From the NCBI GenBank assembly GCA_965603135.1, contig CBFDBV010000001.1, positions 1-45,580 on the forward strand: a stretch of DNA of 45,580 nucleotides. The letters run 5' to 3'. The DNA comes from an uncultured bacterium. GTDB taxonomy: Bacteria; Armatimonadota; Zipacnadia; Zipacnadales; UBA5352. Within the stretch, counting starts at the first letter, position 1. Every line of letters begins with the position of its first letter. Under the pieces are notes generated by a model. The model searched no databases and was not told the DNA's origin. It saw only the letters and a program-made list of their open reading frames with translations. This document shows positions 39,505-45,580 of this stretch, in pieces. Both the position numbers and the translations under genes were made by a program.

Positions 39505-41357
39505 GCCATTGGGCACTCGCCAACGACCCTTGTGATTCCGCATTCGTGACATCCCACTTGGCGGCAGTCGGGGGTCGTGGTGCGGGCGACAGCGCGGTCA
39601 AGCTCGTCGGACAGAAAGCCCTTGTCCACGCCGGCGTCTATCACGTCCCAGGGCAGCGGAGCCCGCGTCGGAAGCTCCCGCTGAGCCAGCTCGTCAAGGT
39701 CGAGGCCATGCTCGGCGAAGGCCTGGAGCCAGGCGTCGAAGTTGAAGTGCTCGCTCCAGGCGTCGAGGATGGCTCCGGCCCGGTAGGCGGACAGGATGAC
39801 CGCGCCCAGCCTGCGGTCGCCGCGGGCGAGGGCCGTCTCCAGCGCGCTCTGCCGGACATCGTGGAAGGAGAGAGATACGCGGCGGTTGCGGGTGGCCTCG
39901 CGGATGACCTTCTGCCTGGCGAGCAGTTGCTCGCGCGGCTGCTGGCCCAGCCACTGGAAGGGCGTGTGCGGCTTGGGCACGAGCGAGGCGACGCTGACGT
40001 TGATCTTCAGACGTCCGTAGCCGGGCCTGGTCATCTCTTCGCGGGCGATGGCCAGGACGCGCTCGATGGTGGCGGAGATGGCCAGGATGTCATCCTCAGT
40101 CTCCTGGGGCAGGCCGATCATGAAATAGAGCTTGACGCGCTGCCAGCCGCTCCCGAAGGCCGCGGTGACCGCCTGCGCCAGGTCCTCCTCGGAGACATCC
40201 TTGTTGATGACATCCCGCAGGTGCTGGGTTCCGGCCTCGGGCGCAAGGGTCAGCCCGCTCTTCTTGACGCGCTGGACCCGCCGGGCGAGGCCGACGCTGA
40301 AGGTGTCCACCCGCAGGGAGGGCAGGCTCACCGCCACGCGCCGGTCCGCGAGGCGCGCGTGGAGTCCGTCAACGAGCTGCTCGATGCGCGAGTAGTCCGG
40401 GCAGTTGAGCGAGAGCAGCGAGACCTCGTCATAGCCGGTGTTGGCGATGATCTGCTCGGCCTGATCCAGGAGCGTCTCCAGGCTGCGCTCGCGCACGGGC
40501 CGGTAGATCATTCCCGCCTGGCAGAAGCGGCAGCCGTGCGTGCAGCCGCGCGCCGGCTCGATCTCCGCCCGATCGTGGACGACCTCGCAGTAGGGCACCA
40601 CCGGCGCGAGAGGATAGGGCGCGGAGTCCAGGTCCATCACGGTCCGCTTGACCACGCGAGGCGGGAAGCGACCATCACGGGGCACGGGGACCACGTGTCC
40701 GGCATCGGTCGGCTCAAGCTCGTAGCCGGAGGGGACATAGACGCCCTCCAGCTCAGCGAGGCGCGCGACCAGCTCCTGCCGATCCTCGGCGGCGCGGTGG
40801 TCGCGGTCGCGCAGCTCGGCGGGCTGCGCGAGGAAGAAGTCAAGCAGCTCATCGAGCGCCTCTTCGCCGTCGCCGATCACGAAGGCGTCGAAGAAGTCCG
40901 CGACCGGCTCGGGATTGAAGGCGCAGGGCCCGCCGCCGATCACCAGCGGCTCGGCCGGGCGGCGCTCGGCAGCGAGCGCCGACATCCCGCCCAGCTCGAG
41001 CAACGAGGGCACGTTGGCGTAGGTCAGCTCGTGCTGGAGCGTGATGCCCACCAGGTCGAACTCGCTCAGGGGGGTGTCGCTCTCCAAGCCGGAGAGGGGT
41101 ATGCTCTCCCGCCGCATCAGCTCGGCGGCGTCGGGCCAGGGATGGAAGACGCGCTCGCATGCCGCATCCGGCCGGCGATTGACCACCTCGTAGAGAATGC
41201 GTAGCCCCTGGTAGGACATCCCTATGTCGTAGACATCAGGGTAGCAGAGCGCGACCCGCACGCGCAACCGTGAGGGAGGCTTGGCGACGGAATTCCACTC
41301 GCGGCCGAGATTGGGGGCGGGGTTGGTGACATTTTGATGTATGTGCTCGGTAAGCAT
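39480..41357 (-). CDS. B12-binding-domain radical SAM protein, TIGR03960-like (uncharacterised family)
   Basis: N-terminal VTNPAPNLGREWNSV motif and a B12-binding-like region (VALCYPDVYDIGMSYQGLRILY). Radical SAM cluster motif CTHGCRFCQAGM. The ORF is open to TTG 41423, but a promoter at 41432-41460 and a terminator-like hairpin at 41374-41396 argue for the ATG at 41355-41357. Confidence 0.88.
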   Translation of the reverse strand: MLTEHIHQNVTNPAPNLGREWNSVAKPPSRLRVRVALCYPDVYDIGMSYQGLRILYEVVNRRPDAACERVFHPWPDAAELMRRESIPLSGLESDTPLSEFDLVGITLQHELTYANVPSLLELGGMSALAAERRPAEPLVIGGGPCAFNPEPVADFFDAFVIGDGEEALDELLDFFLAQPAELRDRDHRAAEDRQELVARLAELEGVYVPSGYELEPTDAGHVVPVPRDGRFPPRVVKRTVMDLDSAPYPLAPVVPYCEVVHDRAEIEPARGCTHGCRFCQAGMIYRPVRERSLETLLDQAEQIIANTGYDEVSLLSLNCPDYSRIEQLVDGLHARLADRRVAVSLPSLRVDTFSVGLARRVQRVKKSGLTLAPEAGTQHLRDVINKDVSEEDLAQAVTAAFGSGWQRVKLYFMIGLPQETEDDILAISATIERVLAIAREEMTRPGYGRLKINVSVASLVPKPHTPFQWLGQQPREQLLARQKVIREATRNRRVSLSFHDVRQSALETALARGDRRLGAVILSAYRAGAILDAWSEHFNFDAWLQAFAEHGLDLDELAQRELPTRAPLPWDVIDAGVDKGFLSDELDRAVARTTTPDCRQVGCHECGITRVVGECPMADQLSAIS

Positions 41358-41365
41358 ACGCCTAA

Positions 41366-41396
41366 TCAAAAACGGCTCCAGCCGGTAGCTGGAGCC
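41366..41396 (-). terminator. Intrinsic-terminator-like hairpin + U-tract inside the leader of the radical-SAM operon
   Basis: Minus strand reads GGCUCCAGC-UACCG-GCUGGAGCC-GUUUUUGAUU: a 9-bp GC-rich stem and 5-nt loop followed by U5. It ends 8 nt before the ATG at 41357. Confidence 0.6.
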
Positions 41397-41431
41397 TTCA
41401 TTCAAACCCCATTCCTCCGTCAACGGTCTCC

Positions 41432-41460
41432 ATCATACGCCATCGCCGGAGTATTGTCAA
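41432..41460 (-). promoter_or_regulatory. Near-consensus sigma70-type promoter of the radical SAM -> DUF2344 -> rng operon
   Basis: Minus strand reads TTGACA (41460-41455), a 17-nt spacer, then TATGAT (41437-41432). The predicted TSS is near 41425. Confidence 0.6.
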
Positions 41461-41670
41461 GTGCCTGACGGCGGGCAAGGGGCATCCCCCTTCGCCAAGG
41501 CTACGGGGGATGAAAGGGGGAACGGCACGCGCTGCACAGCCGTGGGATCGGGTGATGCGGAGGCCGCCCAGTATCCCACGGGCGGCGCGGATGGGGCCCG
41601 ACCGCGAGAGTGAGACGTGGAGGTGTGCCAAGGAGTTGCTGCGAATACTGGCGCGCCGGGGAGAGAGGCG

Positions 41671-44600
41671 ATGGATATGAGATCGTACGCAAGACGGCTG
41701 AGTTGGGCCGCAATCGCCGCCGCGATGTGCGCGGCGAGGTTGACATTCGCCGCGGAACGCCTGCCCATTGAGACAGAGCCGCAAAGCGTGGCGATACACC
41801 CAATAGCCCCCGAGGATGGCGCAGAAGCTGTGAGCAACCCGCCTGCGATGGTCTTCTGGTGGACAGGCGAGGTGGCAACATACACCGTGGAGATGGCGCA
41901 AGATGTGGACTTCGGGGATGCGATCGTCGTGGCCGACATCGAGCTGCCGTTCTACAATCACTCGGAAACCCTCAAGCCCGGGACGTGGTACTGGCGGTAC
42001 TACTTCGAGACGGAAGACAAGAAGCGGAGTGAGTACAGCCCGGTCAGGAGCTTCGTGGTGACGGGAAGCTCGATCCCGTTTCCAATGCCGCCGGTGGGGG
42101 AAGTCCTGATGAAGATGCCCGGCCATCCGCGCATCTACACGACGAGGGACGGGCTGGCGGAGTTCCGCGCGCGGAAGGGCAATGAGGCCAGGGGAGCATA
42201 CGAGGCGCTGATGCGGAGGTGCGAGAGTTGGCTGGAGAGCGAGCCGGAACCGCCGAAGCTTGGCGAGCAGGTCCCCAAGAACCCCAAGCAGCGGGGCATC
42301 GCGTTCTGGCTGAAGGACGGGGAGGGCTACCAGTCCCTGAACGTCTCTCCCGGGACGCTGGAGAACCTGTCGCTGCGGACGCAGGACCTGGCGATGGCAT
42401 ACCTCATCACCGGCGAGCGGCAGTACGCGGATGCGGCCAGGAGATGGCTGCTGTGGCAGGCGAACTTTCGGGTTGACTACCACCAGGAGGACAGGGCCCA
42501 CCACGACACCGTGCACTGCTACGAGTACGGCCTGCAAAGGATGGCCTCGGCCTACGACAGCATCTATGACGTGCTCACTGAAGACGAGCGGCAGCGGGTG
42601 CTGGACGCGGTCGAGTACCACGGGCAGGGGTGCTATGACAAGCTGCGCTACAAGAGGCGGATGCACCTGAAGTATCAGACCTCGCACGCCCAGCAGGATA
42701 TGCACGAGCTGCTGACGACCGCGCTGGCGGTGGCGAAGGACCTGCCGGCCGCGAAGGCGTGGCTGGAGTATCTGATCCCGCAGTACGTCAACCGCCTCGC
42801 GTGGGGCGAGAACGATGGCGGTTACAGCGAGGGGCACTACTACAACTACAAGTGGCATGGGATGGTGCGGTGCGCGCAGGCGCTGAGGACGGCGACGGGG
42901 ATTGACCTGCTCAGGAAGCCGCGCTTTGTCAACGCGGGCAGGTTCTGGCTGTACTGCATGTCGCTAAACTACTGGTGGCCGCACTTCGGGGACAACTTCG
43001 GGCTTATCACTCCGTTCTCGGGAAGCAGCAACGACCGCGATGGCGCGAACTTCCTGGCGTCGGTCTATCAGGATCGGTACATGAAGTGGTGGGCGAACCA
43101 GATTGACGCGGGGCTTCAGATGCCGCTGTGGTATCTGAGCGATGAGGGGCTGAAGGACAAGCCGCCGGTGGATATCCCGCAGGCGGCGGCATTCGGGGAC
43201 GTCGGGTGGGTCTCGATGTACGATCGCTTCTACGACAACCGGAGCACGCGGCTGTTCTTCAAGTGCAGTCCGTGGGGCTCGCACAGCCACTGCCACAAGG
43301 ACCAGAACGGCTTTGTGATCCATGCGTTCGGCGAGATACTGGCGATTGATAAGGGCTACTACGGCTACTACGGGGACGACTATCATAAGCTGGTCTGCCA
43401 GGCCACGAAATCGCACAACACGATCCTGGTGAACGGCGAGGGCCAGGGGCGAGGCATCCAGTACAACGGGCACATCAGCGACTTCTTCGACTCGGAGGAC
43501 TACTGCTTCGTGATCGGCGATGCGAGCGCGGCGTACGGCGAGCGGCTCAGCAAGTTCCTGCGCGCGGTGCTGTTCATCCGGCCCAACTGCTTCATCATCT
43601 ACGACCAGCTCGAAGCGCCGGAGGCCAGTCGCTTCAGTTGGCAGCTCAACGCGTTCCTGGAGATGGAGCTGGATGAGGGGAATCAGACTGTGACGATCGA
43701 GCAGCGTGAGACAAGGCTGAGAGCCACGCACGTGCTGCCTGGGGACTTGGCGTATCGGCAATCGAACGAGCGGGAATATGAGTTGAAAGCGCGCTACACG
43801 GAGGCGTTCCCCGAACACTGGACCTGCTGGTGCGAGAGGGCGGCCGAGGCCAAGGAGATGCGTTTCCTGACGGTGCTGGAGGCGTACAAGGTGGGCGACG
43901 GGCCCGCGATCAGCAACCTGGAGACGATAGAGACGGAACACCTCATGGGGGTAGTGTTCGAGCTGGACGGCGAGAGGCATACGACGCTGTTTCAGAGGGA
44001 CCTCGTGGCGCCGGTCAGGGCGGAGGTGGGGGGGATCGAGACGGATGCGAAGTGTGTGAGCGTGGTCAGGAATGTGGGGATGGTGCGCTGCTGCCAGGTG
44101 GGCGGGCGATACCTGAGGGTTGATGGGCAAACGCGGCTCGAATCGGAGACGCCAGGGGCGGCGGAGTGGCCGGCTGTGAGCGCAGTTGAGTTGGCGAAGG
44201 TGCCGCCGGTGTCCCTGGCAATATCCGACTCGGATGGGACGCACGAGGTGCCGCTGGAGGTCGCGGCGGATGCATACGGGCACGTGTTCTACTTCGCGCG
44301 GCTGGATCCGCGGGAGCAGGGGCGGTATGAGTTCGACCCGGAGGGACAGGATGCGGAGATCCTGGTCGAGGACAGGTGGGACCCGGAGCATAGCAGCAGG
44401 GGGACGGAGGCGGAGTTGCGCGCGGGTTCGATGGTGATTATCAGGGCGGATGGAGCGCTGCCGGCCCGGAAGGTGGCCGTGAGGCTGAAGCAGTCGTACC
44501 GCGGCCAGGTGGTGAGCCTGCTGCGCAACGGAGGCTTCGAGGTCGGCATCCCGGAGCATCCGCCGATAGGCTGGTGGGTGAGGCACTTCAGGACCATGGA

Positions 44601-44958
44601 TCCGAGCTTCCCCCACTGGAGCGATGAAGACCCGGCCGAGGGGGCGCACTGCCTGAAGCTGGTGCGGGCCACGAATAAGATCCGCACTTACAGCCAGGGC
44701 ATCGAGCTGCGAAAGGCGGGCAGATACATCCTGCGCTGCAAGGCGAAGGCGACGTGCGCGGGCGGGGCGGTGAACACCTGGGGCTCAGCAGGCTCGATGA
44801 GCGTCAGCATCGAACCGAGCGAGGAGTGGAAGCAATACGAGGTGGAGGGCGAGCTTGGTGCGGGGACAGCGTGCATCCATTGCATATTCGACAAGGCCGA
44901 GGGGCCGAATCAAGTCCTGTGGGTTGACGACATCCAGTTCGGCCGCATCGCGGACTAG
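41671..44958 (+). CDS. Secreted DUF4962 + heparinase II/III-like polysaccharide lyase-family protein with C-terminal CBM-like beta-sandwich
   Basis: Signal MDMRSYARRLSWAAIAAAMCAARLTFA. DUF4962-like N-terminal domain (MVFWWTGEVATYTVEMAQDVDF...GTWYWRYYF). Heparinase II/III signatures (WGSHSHCHKDQNGFVIHAFGEILAIDKGYY, KSHNTILVNGEGQ). C-terminal CBM_4_9-like part (NGGFEVG...HCLKLV...VLWVDDIQFGRI). The ORF is open from 41617. Confidence 0.8.
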   Translation: MDMRSYARRLSWAAIAAAMCAARLTFAAERLPIETEPQSVAIHPIAPEDGAEAVSNPPAMVFWWTGEVATYTVEMAQDVDFGDAIVVADIELPFYNHSETLKPGTWYWRYYFETEDKKRSEYSPVRSFVVTGSSIPFPMPPVGEVLMKMPGHPRIYTTRDGLAEFRARKGNEARGAYEALMRRCESWLESEPEPPKLGEQVPKNPKQRGIAFWLKDGEGYQSLNVSPGTLENLSLRTQDLAMAYLITGERQYADAARRWLLWQANFRVDYHQEDRAHHDTVHCYEYGLQRMASAYDSIYDVLTEDERQRVLDAVEYHGQGCYDKLRYKRRMHLKYQTSHAQQDMHELLTTALAVAKDLPAAKAWLEYLIPQYVNRLAWGENDGGYSEGHYYNYKWHGMVRCAQALRTATGIDLLRKPRFVNAGRFWLYCMSLNYWWPHFGDNFGLITPFSGSSNDRDGANFLASVYQDRYMKWWANQIDAGLQMPLWYLSDEGLKDKPPVDIPQAAAFGDVGWVSMYDRFYDNRSTRLFFKCSPWGSHSHCHKDQNGFVIHAFGEILAIDKGYYGYYGDDYHKLVCQATKSHNTILVNGEGQGRGIQYNGHISDFFDSEDYCFVIGDASAAYGERLSKFLRAVLFIRPNCFIIYDQLEAPEASRFSWQLNAFLEMELDEGNQTVTIEQRETRLRATHVLPGDLAYRQSNEREYELKARYTEAFPEHWTCWCERAAEAKEMRFLTVLEAYKVGDGPAISNLETIETEHLMGVVFELDGERHTTLFQRDLVAPVRAEVGGIETDAKCVSVVRNVGMVRCCQVGGRYLRVDGQTRLESETPGAAEWPAVSAVELAKVPPVSLAISDSDGTHEVPLEVAADAYGHVFYFARLDPREQGRYEFDPEGQDAEILVEDRWDPEHSSRGTEAELRAGSMVIIRADGALPARKVAVRLKQSYRGQVVSLLRNGGFEVGIPEHPPIGWWVRHFRTMDPSFPHWSDEDPAEGAHCLKLVRATNKIRTYSQGIELRKAGRYILRCKAKATCAGGAVNTWGSAGSMSVSIEPSEEWKQYEVEGELGAGTACIHCIFDKAEGPNQVLWVDDIQFGRIAD

Positions 44959-44988
44959 AAGCGGTCTCATAACCCCTGAGAACGGGCT

Positions 44989-45014
44989 GTCGGGCTGGCA
45001 GCCTGACCTACGCG
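44989..45014 (-). repeat. REP-like element copy c
   Basis: Minus strand reads CGCGTAGGTCAGGCTGCCAGCCCGAC, 24/26 identical to copy a. It lies 31 nt after the heparinase-like gene stop. Confidence 0.8.
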
Positions 45015-45356
45015 AGGCTGTGAAACCGGTTCCGCTGGGTCAGTGGCTCGGGCCTGGAGGCGGCACAGGACGTGACTCGTGCGGGCACCCAGACGGAGGC
45101 GGAGGACTTCACCGGCGTCGGCACCGAGGGCCTGAGCGGGTGCATTGACCTGACGGGCATGGCTCACCTGCACCTGAGTCGGGCACCGGGCGCAGTCACT
45201 GCTCCCGGATGGCCTTGAAGGCGTCCACGGCCGCCGCTCTGCCGCAGGAAGGTGAACGGGGCGCGGTCTTTGAAGGTAGGAGCCGCTCGGGACGAGGCGA
45301 ATTCGGTGTTGCGGTCAGGAACCTGCAAGGGCAACCTCAAGCGAGGAGGCACACAG

Positions 45357-45580
45357 ATGAGCGATGACCCCATCAACATCAGCGGCGTGCTGCCCAGCCT
45401 GCACGTGAAGGCGGACCTGGTGCCGAGGCGCTCGGAGGCCGGCATCGGAGCGCTGATGCCGTGGGCGGACCGGCTCTGGATGATCACCTACCCATCGAAC
45501 CGGAACAGCGGCTCAGGGACCGGGCTCTACGAGATAGATGAGAGCCTGACGATGCGCAAGCGGCCGGAGAGCGTGGTCGG
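45357..45580 (+). CDS. 5' part of an unidentified protein-coding gene (runs off the window)
   Basis: ATG 45357 sits 7 nt after GAGGAGG. Translation: MSDDPINISGVLPSLHVKADLVPRRSEAGIGALMPWADRLWMITYPSNRNSGSGTGLYEIDESLTMRKRPESVV. G/C third-position bias is coding-like. No family recognised. Confidence 0.55.
   Translation, partial: MSDDPINISGVLPSLHVKADLVPRRSEAGIGALMPWADRLWMITYPSNRNSGSGTGLYEIDESLTMRKRPESVV

Noticed and set aside
34975-41204. Plus-strand ORFs 34975-36087, 36643-37665 and 39546-41204
   Set aside because: They are antisense to the aconitase-family gene, rng and the radical SAM gene respectively, all of which have clear catalytic motifs on the minus strand.
41398-44649. Minus-strand ORFs 41398-42858 and 42964-44649 opposite the heparinase-like gene
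   Set aside because: Shadow ORFs again. The plus frame has DUF4962/heparinase II/III signatures and a signal peptide.
45164-45487. 107-aa minus-strand ORF, and a frame ending …AAAVDAFKAIREQ* at ~45197, in the 400-nt spacer before the last gene
   Set aside because: The 107-aa ORF overlaps the well-supported start (GAGGAGG + ATG 45357) of the plus-strand gene and is Arg/Pro-rich. The other frame has only a short protein-like stretch with no start or RBS. At most it is a decayed remnant, and that cannot be supported from sequence alone.

Overview
High-GC (about 65% by eye) bacterial chromosomal window of 45.6 kb. About 27 genes look real once the many antisense shadow ORFs typical of high-GC DNA are discarded.

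- **Left part (1-11.3 kb):** housekeeping genes. These are pheA, an O-antigen-ligase-family membrane protein, a fused accD-accA carboxyltransferase, tRNA-Leu(CAA) on the opposite strand with its own near-consensus promoter, sppA, polA, an rpsA with a repeat-encoded acidic tail, and coaE.
- **Centre (11.6-29.8 kb):** the most interesting part, a seven-gene, same-strand cell-envelope locus behind a near-consensus promoter and a 265-nt leader. It encodes a 1734-aa TolB-propeller/CarboxypepD_reg giant protein, an S8 subtilase and a 950-aa unknown protein. These three share a ~430-465 aa C-terminal module ending in a FlgD-Ig/T9SS-CTD-like sandwich. Interleaved with them are a clostripain-like (C11, clan CD) peptidase, two paralogous bitopic proteins with fibronectin-III ends, and a lipobox + Big_1 + predicted beta-barrel protein. 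I read this as a candidate, not previously characterised surface-protein sorting/anchoring system. That reading is inference.
- **Right part (29.8-45.6 kb):** uvrB, uvrC, a single-chain aconitase-family hydratase, two small membrane proteins, the conserved operon radical-SAM(TIGR03960-like) -> DUF2344 -> RNase E/G on the minus strand, a DUF4962/heparinase II/III-like secreted enzyme, and the start of an unknown gene.
- **Non-coding layer:** unusually rich.
  - A 26-nt GTAG+hairpin REP-like element in three copies.
  - A 13-bp-stem palindrome family in two inverted copies bracketing two genes of the envelope locus.
  - G-rich heptamer/nonamer micro-repeats (CAAAGGG / AACGRC types, some forming canonical G3N4 quadruplex motifs and long inverted arms), plus a (CTGATAG)7 heptamer array. 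All sit exactly at gene boundaries and several are read through as C-terminal tails.
  - An intrinsic-terminator-like hairpin with a mini-ORF inside the short leader of the radical-SAM/RNase G operon.

No rRNA, CRISPR array, transposase, integrase or phage genes were seen.
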